Part shown: positions 11,373-22,737 of the stretch, piece after piece | Layout of the letters: every line of letters starts with the position of its first letter | Position numbering within the stretch: position 1 is the stretch's first letter | Assembly (NCBI RefSeq): GCF_006345805.1 | Contig: NC_042999.1 | Span: 88,722,001-88,786,000 of the forward strand | DNA length: 64,000 bases | Direction: 5' to 3' | Source: Octopus sinensis | Lineage: Eukaryota | Notes under the pieces: generated by a model | Databases searched by the model: none | Seen by the model: only the letters and a program-made list of their open reading frames with translations | Told to the model about the DNA's origin: nothing | Position numbers and translations under genes: made by a program

Positions 11373-12207
11373 AATTATAACTCCCACCAGTATGTACTTT
11401 CCTAAAAAATTATGAGGAAGATAGTTAAATGTAGTTATAATAGAATTATATAATAGTATTAGATACAGATATATCAAGAACCAAGAATATATCTAAAGAA
11501 TATTACCCGTAAAGCAATAGACAGGCCACATTTAATATAACATAAATCTCTAAATCTTAAACACTAGAAAAACATCCAGTTGAAGCTAGATTTCAGATTA
11601 TCTTGTTATTATCTCCCCTTGAATTCAACCTCTGTAATATTATTAGTCTTAGAGAAGTTTTCAGACTAGTTTATTTTATTTATGTTATTCCCATAATACT
11701 TAGTGCACGACAGAGGGAGTAAACATTATGTTGATAAGTATTCTTCTTTTGTTCATTTTGTTTAACAGATTCATTTACTAGTTTTATTCAATAAATTTAT
11801 GGTGTATATAGAGGTTTTTACTTTTTAAATATTATTAACTTATGTTTGACATAAAAATGGTAATTTATACTTGTATAGATGGGGTAAATCTTACAATAAA
11901 TCGTTAATTCCCGTAATGTTTATATAGATAGGTGGTGGAATTTGATGTGTTTATAATATAGTCAATGAGGGTTTCTTTGTGTTTAGCATTTTCTATATAT
12001 ATATATCGGTATTGTATTTTTAGGTGTTTAATTTTATTTTTATTAATTTTTAAGTTTAAATTTTTTTTTAATTTTGTAATTTTTAAAAATATATTAATAA
12101 GTTATATATTTTTATTATATTTTTATTCATATTCTTATTTTTCTATTGAATACGTCTTAGAATATGTAGTTTTAACTTTGATCCATTAATAATTATAACA
12201 ATAAGAA

Positions 12208-12289
12208 AAATGGCCTGAAGATGCACTGGTAGATTTATGTATCAGGTATAACATGGAAACACCACCAGCACAGAAACACATGTAGCATT
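12208..12289 (+). ncRNA. Degenerate type I hammerhead-ribozyme-like motif (PLE type)
   Basis: CTGAAGA 12215-12221, stem TG..CTGGT/ACCAG..CA, GAAAC 12273-12277, ACAT loop, GTA 12282-12284, partial helix I aatggc/gcatt. Confidence 0.5.
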
Positions 12290-12562
12290 GATTAAGAATA
12301 TCTTCTTTCCCCACAGACTAATAACAGGTAAAGTATATATATTTTTCAAAGATTTTAAAAATAATTTTATTGTACTTTATAGTAGGTTTTAAAATGCTTA
12401 TATTCATTTTATTATTATACTGGATATAACTTTCTGTGCATTCCAGAAAATAAGGTAGTCCTGAAATAGGAGTTGCGGTTATATTGGTAAAATCCCAAAT
12501 TTGTAATAATATATGTGTGTGTGTGTGTGTGTATACACATACACATACACACACATATCATC

Positions 12563-12795
12563 ATGATCATCATCATTTAACATCTACTTTTCCATACTTT
12601 CATGGGTCAGATAGAATTAGTTGAGGCAAATGTCTTACAGCTGAATGTCTTTCCTATGACCAAAGATCACCTGTTTCTAGGCAAGATGAAATTCTCCCTT
12701 GGCTGGACATGCTTTGATGGAAGATTGGAAACAAAGGACCCAATTTTTATGATGGTCACACTTGTTTGCAACTAACTTGTCGAGTCAAAGAGATA
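12563..12795 (-). mobile_element. SINE A2 3' tail fragment
   Basis: catcatttaacatctacttttccatac...cacctgtttctag...ggacatgctttgatggaagattggaaac. Confidence 0.65.
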
Positions 12796-12842
12796 CAAAC
12801 ACACATATAGATTACATATCTAACCTTGATCATCATGATTGC

Positions 12843-13030
12843 CATCATCATTTAATGTCTGTGTTCTGTACTGGCATGGGTAGCATGGTTTGGTTGGAGC
12901 TGTTAAAGCCAGGAGCCACATGTGCCATTGCCTGTTTTGGCATGGCTTCTATGGCTGGATGCCCTCCTGATGCCAACCACATTACAGAATATACTCCATG
13001 CTTTTATGTGGCACCAGTACCAGTGTTTTT
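12843..13030 (-). mobile_element. RTE 3' tail, single unit
   Basis: catcatcatttaatgtc...ctggcatggg...ggatgccctcctgatgccaacc...gcttttatgtggcaccag. Confidence 0.7.
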
Positions 13031-13054
13031 TTTTATGTGATATATATTCTTTTA

Positions 13055-13435
13055 TTCTTTTAGTTGCTTCAGTCATTTGACTGTGGCCATGCTGGAGCAC
13101 CACTTTTATGCAAACAAATCAATCCTAGGATTTATTCTTTATAAGCCTAGTACTTATTCTATCGGTCTCTTTTGCCAAACTGCTAAGTTACAGGGATGTA
13201 CACGCACCAACATCGGTTGTCAAGTGATAGTGGGGGGACAAACACAGACAAACAAACATATACACACATACATATACGCACGCACACACACACACGCACA
13301 CACATATATATATATACAGCAAGATTTTGGTCAGCCTGGGGCTATAGCAGAAGACACTTGCCCAAGCTGCTACACAGCGGGACTGAACCCAGAACCATGT
13401 GGTTGGGAAGAAAGCTTCTTATCACACAGGCACAC
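13055..13435 (-). mobile_element. SINE A1
   Basis: Reverse complement of the 5067 copy, with an internal AC/AT microsatellite. Confidence 0.85.
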
Positions 13436-13476
13436 TTGCACCTATTTACACACATACACACACACACACACAAGCA

Positions 13477-14270
13477 CAGCATGTTTGGACTAAATTTGGC
13501 TGTTTGCATAAGAGGAAAAGGTAAAAATTATCCTATCCCAAAATAAAGTTATTTTAGCATATCAAAAAATATCAATATGTGTATGGCTGGGAGATAATAG
13601 TTTACTTAACGTAGCTGCTCTCAGCTTCCACCATGTCATGAAGATGGCTCTAAGACCTAGTACATGTGTTCCTCACTGTATCACTGAGATGTTCTTTGAA
13701 TACTTCCTTGATCCTACATGACCCATTTTGTTGCAGGAAGAGCAGTTCGTGCATGACCTTTGTGTTTCAGGAAGAGCAGTTAGTGTCTTTTTCAACCATG
13801 CCCCACATGTAATAATCCATGGGATTACAGTCAGGTAAATAAGGAGGCCAGAAATTGGGGCTGGTGAAGTAATAGAAACTTTCTAACAACCGCTTCTGAC
13901 TCTTTCTAGAAGTATGGCAAGAAGTCAAATTCTGCTGCCATACATATAGCCTTCAGCAACAGCTCTCTCCAGCCAGGATTTGACTGTAGTCTCCAGCAGC
14001 TTTACATAGCTGTCTGAATTGAGCCTTTAGCCCTGATCAGAGATATGGGAGTGAATTCCAGCATGAGGATGCAGTCAGAATGTCTGCTGTGTCCCTTTCT
14101 GCTGGCCACAGCTTTGTAGTCTCTGTTGCAGCTGTTCATCATGTCTTATAGTCATTACAGTGTTCAAAGAGCATTGAGCAGCAGTCATGACATAGGCATT
14201 TTGATACCTGGCACAACTCATCAGCATACAGGTGACTCTTTTTCAATTAAGTTTTCAAATCTGTCTTCAT
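13477..14270 (-). mobile_element. Tc1/mariner DD37D (maT) transposon, internally deleted
   Basis: Minus strand: VMTAAQCSLNTV, RLNSDSYVKLLETTVK, VWQQN..CHTSRKSQK..FWPPYLPDCNPMDYYMWGMVEKDTN; terminus cagcatgtttggactaaatttg matches the 55611-56438 TIR. Confidence 0.85.
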
Positions 14271-14780
14271 TAACATTTCCAGGATTTTCAACCATGTCTT
14301 CAGAATGTAGAATGGGGTTGGTTTCTGTATTTCGTTTTTAAATGGGTAGCTTATGTTTATAAAGCCTTTCCTGCCAGGATTTGACCATTTGAACATTAGT
14401 TCTATCATATTTATGAAGCGTTAATGTTGTGAATTAATTAGATGAATTTTCTGTTAATATTTTTTTGCCTAACTTTGTTTTATGGTATGTTGTATATATT
14501 TTATGGTATGACATTGCACCTTTGTGTAAATGCAAGGTGAACCTACTCAAGTGTGTCAGAGTTCTCTGGACAAAATAACAGTTGAGCTCCTGATCTTTGC
14601 AACTTTCCTTTTTTAATAAAATTTATAAATTACATTACTCATTTTTAGCTTGCTCTTGAATTTATATGATTGTGTTGTTAATAAAGTGGCTTTGATCAAA
14701 TAGATTTTCTGATATATTACTAATGGCAGTTTATAGTTTGATGCAATGCATTTTCTGTCTTATTTCCCAATTTTAACTTT

Positions 14781-15010
14781 TACATTAGTCGGACAAGTAC
14801 TACACTGCATCATAGGCTTGCCAGACATTTACAACAAAGAGCAATTATATCACACTAGAATATACACAATAACAACAAAACAAGATGAAAAAATATTAAT
14901 AGAAAATACATCAACGCTTTATAGAATTCCCTACAGAAACAGACAATTAATTATGGAGACAATACTCGCATCACAGCAGAAGGCTACAATCAACATACCA
15001 CATACATAAA
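14781..15010 (+). mobile_element. Penelope-like GIY-YIG C-terminal remnant, second lineage
   Basis: YISRTSTTLHHRLARHLQQRAIISH*NIHN ... KILIENTSTL..RQLIMETIL..KATIN. Confidence 0.65.
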
Positions 15011-15552
15011 TCACAAATGTGAATCTGATGATGTAGAATTTTAATGTTCTAATGGTCTAATTCTAGGTGGAAAGTCTGTATAAATATAAGCCACCCACTA
15101 TCAAAGGGACAACATGGAAAACAACTCGACTCCACCTCCTAAACTTGAACCTGAGCTACATTGAAAATATTGGTAAAAATGAATTTGGGAACTTTATTGT
15201 TCCAGATAAACTATAGTACACAGACATGAAAACAGACTTTCATAAAAAGGTTTGAATTAGACCAAGGTTATGTTGTTTTCGATATAACATATATTTGTGT
15301 ATTTGTGAGTGTGTGTGTTTATCTATCCATCTATCTATATATGTGCATGTGTGTATATATATATGTGTATGCATACATATATAAATATACACTCACGTGC
15401 ACACATATATATATGTGTGTGTATAAGAAAATGAGATGACAAAAGAATAAATGATTATTTTATGAACTGCATTGGCTTACAATTGCTTCTACTATAGGAT
15501 GCATTGGACTCATAGTTCAGTGCTTCAGTAACACTTAGATTCATTGGAGCCC

Positions 15553-15587
<35 letters not shown>

Positions 15588-15727
15588 CTGGCACTCCGTT
15601 GCTTATGGCTTCAAGGTTTCCAGTTGATATGATCAGTAAAGTGTTTTACTCAAAGACACATGTCACCGGGAATTGACCTCACAACATTACAATCATGAGC
15701 CAAATGTCTTAACCACTAAGCCATATG
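15588..15727 (-). mobile_element. SINE C-type fragment
   Basis: Minus-strand head atggcttagtggttaagacatttggctcatgat...ggtcaattcccgg followed by gtctttgagtaaaacact. Confidence 0.6.
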
Positions 15728-15754
15728 AATTCACACACACACACACAAGCATAC

Positions 15755-15788
<34 letters not shown>

Positions 15789-16107
15789 ATTAATTCAATT
15801 TTGGTGGATTAATTAAAATGTAGGTATTTTGTTTCAGATAATACAAAAAATAACCTAATGAGTATATCTGAAAGTAAACTCATGGTATCAGTTTACACAT
15901 CATGGAATAATACTCAAAGGATATAACTAAAATCGCCAGCAGGGTATATATTATACTTCATTAATTATCTCCTACTTGAGTTAATACTTAAATTTATTAA
16001 ATATGAAGGCACTACATGTGTTTCAGTATTGGAAGATTACAATATATATATACATATACACAACTGTATACATATATATATATATACATATACACATATA
16101 TATATAT

Positions 16108-16140
<33 letters not shown>

Positions 16141-16240
16141 TATATAAATACATAAATGCAATCATCAGATTTACAATTATTCCAACACATCTTCAGGTTC
16201 TTTTTCAAAATATTATATATCTAATTTTACATCCCTTTAA

Positions 16241-16461
16241 CCTTTTAGTGTTCACATTATTCTGCCAAAATTAATCCTTTTTTATCCTCATTGCCTTGAA
16301 CTAATCAGGCATTATCTTGGAGCTATGAGATTTTGATGAGGTAGCTGTTAATTTTTAAGATGATATTGTAGGATTGGGGTGAGAGACCAGATCTGGCAAG
16401 TTTGAACATAAAACAGGCAGAATACTTTTGGCCGGATATGGCCGGTTTAAATGCTAAAGGG
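16241..16461. mobile_element. piggyBac-type MITE, 221 bp
   Basis: TTAA on both sides (16237-16240, 16462-16465); ccttttagtgtt / aatgctaaaggg imperfect TIRs. Confidence 0.75.
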
Positions 16462-16779
16462 TTAAAAATAAGCAATACAATTAAGCATTAAAGATTAAAA
16501 ATTAAGAATTAAAAATTAAGAATTAAAAATTAAAAATAAAAGTTATACTTAGTAATATTAAGAATTAAAATTTATAAATTATACATTATAAATATGACTT
16601 AGTATATATATCAATCATGTACATTATAAATATGAATTGGTAAATATATCAATCACTCCATAAATTTTATATTTTAAAAATTTCTGGATGCTTGCTGTTT
16701 TGCGAAGTTTTCCTGTCTTGTTGAAAGCTCAAAACAGGTAGTAATAAACAGTCAACAACTGAAGAGAAGTTAGACTTCC

Positions 16780-16968
16780 TTTGGTATTTTGTCTGCCGTT
16801 ATGTTCTGAGTTCAAATTCCACCGAGGTCAACTTTGCCTTTCATCCTTTCGGGGTCGATTAAATAAGTACCAGTTATGAACTGGGGTCGATATAATCTAC
16901 TTAATCCATTTGTCTGTCCTTGTTTGGGCTCTCTGTGTTTAACCCCTTGTGGGTAGTAAAGAAATAGA
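16780..16968 (+). mobile_element. SINE B1, 5'-truncated
   Basis: gagttcaaattccaccgaggtcaactttgcctttcatcctttcggggtcg...ccccttgtgggtagtaaagaaatag. Confidence 0.85.
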
Positions 16969-17098
16969 AATTTTGTCCTGTACTGATCTCATATGGGTTT
17001 ACGTATTTTTCACTTGTTGGTGATGTCCTGTACTTATTGTGTATTTTTAATTGTATATAGAGAGAGGGAGGGAGGGAGAGAGATACATATACATATGC

Positions 17099-17130
<32 letters not shown>

Positions 17131-17159
17131 TTGTAAGTATGTATGTATGTATTTATGTG

Positions 17160-17372
17160 TCTCTTAAGCACCACCAGCTCAAATATTGTCTCCTCTGTCT
17201 TCCCTCCTTGGGATCTTTCCTTCTCCTTGTTTCCGACGAAGAGCTCCGCTCGAAACGTTAAACCCTCCTTCCCTTCTTTCCTGAGCGTCAATAATACTTT
17301 AATTGTTCCACGTCCTGCGTTGCTGTGTTTTTTCTCTTTTTTCTTTTTTTCTGTGTTTTCTTGTTTGGATTA

Positions 17373-17375
<3 letters not shown>
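17160..17375 (+). mobile_element. Short PLE-terminal-repeat-like element carrying a hammerhead motif
   Basis: Pyrimidine-rich, CpG-rich ~215-bp block between microsatellites, containing the motif at 17229-17263. Confidence 0.55.
17229..17263 (+). ncRNA. Minimal type I hammerhead ribozyme motif (U4C variant)
   Basis: GTTT-CCGACGA-A-GAGC(TCC)GCTC-GAAAC-GTT-AAAC: helix I GTTT/AAAC, helix II GAGC/GCTC, palindromic helix III AACGTT. Confidence 0.75.
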
Positions 17376-17448
<73 letters not shown>

Positions 17449-17464
17449 GCATGTATACATCCTT

Positions 17465-17830
17465 TTATCTTTTACTTGTTTCAGTAATTTAACTGTGGCC
17501 TTTCTGGGGAACCTCCTTGAAAAATTTTCAGTCAAATGATTAAATCCCAGTACTTTTTTTATTTGAAATCTGGTACTTATTCTATCATTCTCTTTTGCTG
17601 AACTGCTAAGTTGCTGGAATATAAACACACCAACACCAGTTGTCAAGCAATGGTGGAGGACAAATGCAGACACAAACACACACACACACACAGATATATA
17701 AATATACATATATATGATGGGCTTTTTTCTGTTTCCAACTATCGAATCCACTCACAAGGCTTTGGTTGGTCTGAGGCTAACTGAACCTGAAACCATGCGG
17801 TTGGGAAGCAGCCTTCTTACCACCCAGCCA
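17465..17830 (-). mobile_element. SINE A1 with a small deletion in the head
   Basis: Reverse complement of the 5067 copy; the segment between ctgaggcta and ctgaacc is missing. Confidence 0.85.
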
Positions 17831-18111
17831 TATAGCTTTGTCAATCAAGGTATATCAGCCAACATCTTACATACCAGTAAGAAAGAAGCTAACAAATTTC
17901 TGTGTTCAAAGTAAAATACCTTGTAGTATTAATACCAGCTGAACTTCACAGACACTTTGTTGCTCATATATCAGAAATACAGTGAATTAATAAATGCCCT
18001 GTTGGAAACCTACAATCAATGGTAGTATAGTTCACAAAATAAGCATTAAACCGCTGGTAAACATACATATATAATAAATTATAGAGATGGGAAATGGAAT
18101 ACACAGGAAAC

Positions 18112-18223
18112 TTTATTGCTCACAACAACTGTTTCAATACATCTTGCTTCGATCTCTCATGGGTGGAAAACTATATGACTAGTTGTGGTGGATCCCTTGG
18201 TGCAGAAGCATCTTGTCAGGTGA
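18112..18223 (-). ncRNA. Hammerhead-like motif with ~70-nt loop II and downstream AATAAA (PLE terminal-repeat relic)
   Basis: Minus strand: TCAC-CTGACAA-GATGC...GTATT-GAAAC-AGTT-GTT-GTGA-gc-AATAAA; G8 mutated to A. Confidence 0.55.
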
Positions 18224-18473
18224 TATAATAAGAGGCATTTCATTACATAAACTCTGTTTCACTTGGATTTAATACAGCATATTGTTCATGTCTGTAGATT
18301 AAGGCTGTTGGGCAGGAATGGTGAGGGACAGATTCCATTGCAAAGTTATAGATACAGACAGGGAGTAATTAAGAAAAATAATAAGAATGATGAGAATAAA
18401 ACATACAATAAAGTAAAGCATTAGATGTGTAAGTACCCAGATATAGTTACTTTCATACCCACACTTTTAGTAC

Positions 18474-18525
<52 letters not shown>

Positions 18526-18680
18526 CCTCTACATACAGTAAGTGTTAGTATAGCTACTATAGTTATAGTAACACAGCAGTATTCAGTGTAAAATTATGCT
18601 ACCACTAGTACAGCACATATCCAAAATGTGCAGTTTAACAAAGTTATATAGCAATATCTAATTCTGCACCCATTATACCT

Positions 18681-18911
18681 ATTTCTTTATTACCCACAAG
18701 GGGCTAAACACAGAGGGAACAAACAAGGACAGACATAGGTATTAAGTCGATTACATCGACCCCAGTGCGTAACTGGTACTTAATTTATCGACCCTGAAAG
18801 GATGACAGGCAAAGTCAACTTCGGTGGAATTTGAACTCACAACGTAACGCAGACGAAATACCGCTAAGCATTTCGCCCGGCGTGCTAACGTTTCTGCCAG
18901 CTCGCCGCCTT
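18681..18911 (-). mobile_element. SINE B1, full length, young, 13-bp TSD
   Basis: CpG-rich intact copy; acccattatacct at 18668-18680 and 18912-18924. Confidence 0.95.
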
Positions 18912-18999
18912 ACCCATTATACCTTCTACCTACCCGGCTACAATAATGTAACATCCACTTTTACAATAATTTCAATTATTACTGCTGCACTCTTCTACC

Positions 19000-20030
19000 C
19001 ATTTGTTAGACAAGTGGTGAGAAAAGATAATGCAGTACCTGATAATATTGCTTCTATACTGGTCCACCTTCTGCAAAAATGGGTGTAACAGTAACTATGG
19101 CAGCTAGTAGCAATGCTATGACTATTTATTGTATATCACTGTATTTGTAATATAAATTTCCATTCTATCATTACAACAGTAACATTAATAAGGTTTCACA
19201 CTGCTTGTTGCAGCAAACTACCCAGGTGTAACAAAAGCTGCTGCAACATCTAACACTGAAAGTGCAGTTCTATTCCTAGAACTGTAACAATAGCTGCAAC
19301 TAGCTGCTAGTATTGCTAGTGCAATATTCTATCCAAGGGTGTAGAACAAGTTACAGCATATACCAGCAATGTTGTAACTACAACCTTCTCTATAGCAATG
19401 TAACTCCAGCTGGTGAAACTACTAACATTACTAGTGCACCACTCTATCTGTGTAACAATAGCTATAGTAACTACTATCCCTCCCACCTTCACCTTCCCAC
19501 ACTACTGCCACACCAAAACACCAATCTCTGCTACTCACTGCTCTATTGTACCAGTCTTGCCTTCCCCTGCCACACTATCAATTATGCAGCAAAATATGCT
19601 GAATAAGCCCGGAATAACCAAATCAATAGAGCTAAATGATTTTGTGTTGAGCAGAGAAGGAAGGAAAGAGCTTTGAGAACTGCAGTGTTGATACTGCAGT
19701 TGTTGTTACTGTTGTTGTCATCATTGTTGTTATTTTCCTTGATTTTGTAGTTTGATACTGCTGATGTTATTGTTGCTGTTGTTAATACTGTTGAGGTTAT
19801 TACTTGTGTTCTACTTGCTGTTGTTTTTGTTGTTGTTACCAACTATTGTTGCTGATGTTATCAGTGAAATCTCTCTCAGTGTTGTTGGTTCCTGTTATTT
19901 CTCTTCTTTTTGGTGTGGTTGTTCATTACAACTGTTGTTGTTACTGCTGTTACAATTGTCATTCCTCCTATATCTGTTATTGCTAGTCTTGATGCTGATA
20001 CTGTTGTTGTTATTATTAATAATTTTGAAA
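19000..20030. repeat. Degenerate triplet low-complexity blocks (ACA/GCA-rich, then GTT/TGT-rich)
   Basis: Period-3 motifs with opposite strand skew on either side of about 19600. Confidence 0.6.
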
Positions 20031-20187
20031 CAGCTATTCTATGGAGTCTGACAAATTTGAGTTCAAATCCCCTTTACTATTTCATTAATTCTCTATTGCT
20101 ACTAAATTAAGTATCAATTATTCTGTAGGGAATAAAGTAATTGCTCAAACACCCTAGTAATTTACTAACACCCTAGCCATTTATTAA

Positions 20188-20408
20188 CCCTTTCATTACA
20201 AACCCGGCTGAGACCGGCTCTGGCTCTGTAATACAAATGTCTTGTTTTCATAAGTTTTGAATTAAAATCTTTCACCAAACCTTAGTCACAATTTATGTTC
20301 CTAACACTAGCTTAATGATAACTAATTTATTTTACTAAATTCTTTGTTATATATAAAATAATAAAAAGAAACACAGAGCATCTCAAAATAAATACAGTAA
20401 TGAAAGGG
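20188..20408. mobile_element. piggyBac-type MITE, 221 bp
   Basis: TTAA at 20184-20187 and 20409-20412; perfect 12-bp TIR ccctttcattac / gtaatgaaaggg. Confidence 0.9.
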
Positions 20409-20689
20409 TTAACTCAAAACACAATAGTACCTCAATGGTACATGGCCAGAACCATTAATGCCTTGTGGTAGCTTAATTATGGTAATTTACTTTATGAGTT
20501 CAAATTTCACCAAGATCAACTTTGCCTTTCAACGTTCAGCTGATAAAATAAAGTACCAATCAAGGTTGAATCATATTCCTATAATGCATACTAAATGTGG
20601 ATGAAATTATAATTGCAAATCTTTTAAGATACAGAATTAATAGCAATAAAATATGTATTTAGAATAGACAATAGACACACCATACGACT

Positions 20690-21167
20690 GTGACCATTGA
20701 CAGAGCGGCTAACCAGCTTTCATGCCGGTGGCACTTAAAAGGCACCATTCAAGTGTGATCATTACCAGTGTCGCCTTACTGGCACTCAAGCCCCGTGCTA
20801 GTAGGGTATTAAGAGCACCATCCGAGCGTGATCATTGCCAGAGTGGCTATCTGGCCTCTGTGCCTGTGGCACGTAAAAGACACCATTCGAGCATGATCAT
20901 TACCAGCATCACCTTACTGGCACTTGTGCCGGTGGAATGTGTAAAAGATTTGAGCGAGGTCATTGCCAGTACCGCCTGACTAGCACGTAAAAGCACCCAC
21001 TACACTCTCTGAGTGGTTGGCATTAGGAAGGGCATCCAGCTGTAGAAACTCTGCCCGATCAAGATTGAAGCCTGGTGCAGCCATCTGGTTCGCCAGCCCT
21101 CAGTCAAATCGTCCAACCTATGCTAGCATGGAAAGCAGACATTAAACGATGATGATGATGATGATGA
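20690..21167 (+). mobile_element. RTE 3' end with five internal repeat cores and (GAT)n tail
   Basis: Repeated ggcacgtaaaagcacc-like cores, then ggttggcattaggaagggcatccagc...gcatggaaagcagacattaaac(gat)n. Confidence 0.8.
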
Positions 21168-21757
21168 ATATTAATACAAATGGTGTATCTTAAAAATGCC
21201 ATATAATTAGAATGACACATGTATTTACTGCCATACATGTAACACCACAGAACCAAACATTGCCTCATGGATGTGCAGCAAGGTTGTAAATTTCTGGGGT
21301 ACTTGACATAACTGTCATACTATACTTACATATTGCATTCAACTATTTGATCAGTTCTATTCAACATATAAAGGCAAAAATAGAAGATCATATAAGCTTT
21401 TAGGCTGTGAGTTCAAATTCCCTGCTAAGTTTTTGTTACCTATGTGGAGAGGATAGTTAATGCCACTGGTCACTATTAATCAATAATGACTTCTCGATGC
21501 AGTACCTGACCTGCTAGATCTAGCAGTTAAATTTCCTGCCAACTTAAGAATGAAAAAATATATTGGATAATATAGTTCTAAATAACTGGTTTAAAAATAA
21601 TATGAGACAATCATGGCTGTAATATCTTTGATTATAACTCTACTCTCCCAAAGCTGATCTGTTCACCTAGATATCAGGAATAAGAACCAACTTTTTGTAC
21701 AAAAAGATCAACAGGGCCAATTTTCACAACCACCATCAATAACCATTGATAAATATT

Positions 21758-21970
21758 CTTTTCTACACTAGGCACAAGACCTGAAATTTTGAGAGGATGG
21801 GCCAGTCAATTAGATCAACTCCAGTATACAACTGGTACTTAATTAATCAACCCTGAAAGGATGAATGGCAAAGTTGACCTCAGTGGAATTTGAACTCAGA
21901 ACATAAAGACAGACGAAATACCACTAAGTATTTCACCTAGCATGCTAATGTTTCTGTCAGCTTGCTGCCT
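21758..21970 (-). mobile_element. SINE B2 with 18-bp TSD (1 mismatch)
   Basis: taaccattga(t/g)aaatatt at 21740-21757 and 21971-21988. Confidence 0.9.
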
Positions 21971-22737
21971 TAACCATTGAGAAATATTATCCAAGTAATT
22001 AACTCAGTTTAGGGCAAAAATTAAGAGGTGTTACAGTGGTTTATTCTTTGAGGATTCTTGATTATCAGTGGAGAGGTATTGATATTTTTATGCAAATCAG
22101 AAAAGGGACAAAGTACCCTATGGATATAGTATCAACATTGAACTCAACATTTATGAGCTTCTAATCCAACAGTATATTGACTCAGATATTTCACTTGCAC
22201 TGGTGTATAGGCTAAACAGATATTAATTCATCTTCATTCTTTATTTATCTCCATACCAAAAGTCTATTCAAAGAAGATTGGCTAGGACTATTCACAGGCA
22301 ACAGTATCAATAATTAAGACAAGCATATCAATAAATTACTTCAATAAGATGATCCAGTAATTAACCGATCATCTATAGCCATGAATTAATTTCTAGTTAT
22401 AAGAGAAAGTAACAACCTCGAAAAGTTTATATCTGAAGTTGGCAAGAGAAAACCTCTATAAACACAAGGAGAGATTGATTTCTAATGATTTCGTAATGCA
22501 GCACATGGTTAGATTTTGTGTGAGGAAATGTTTGGAGTTGAGTGAATTAAACCTAGTAGAATGTTAGCAGTACTGTGATAAACCTCAAGGGGAATAAATT
22601 GCAATGGTGAATTGAATTCAAATGCATATATATACATATGTGTGTGTGTGTGTGTGTGTGCATATATATGTATGTGTGTATATGTATGAATATATATGTG
22701 TGTATATCTATATATATATATATATGTGTATAGTGAA

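Noticed and set aside
15021-15175. Hammerhead-like CTGATGA-TGTAG...CTACA-tt-GAAA downstream of the 14781 PLE remnant
   Set aside because: Position is suggestive, but helix III, the NUH triplet and helix I cannot be formed; too degenerate to call.
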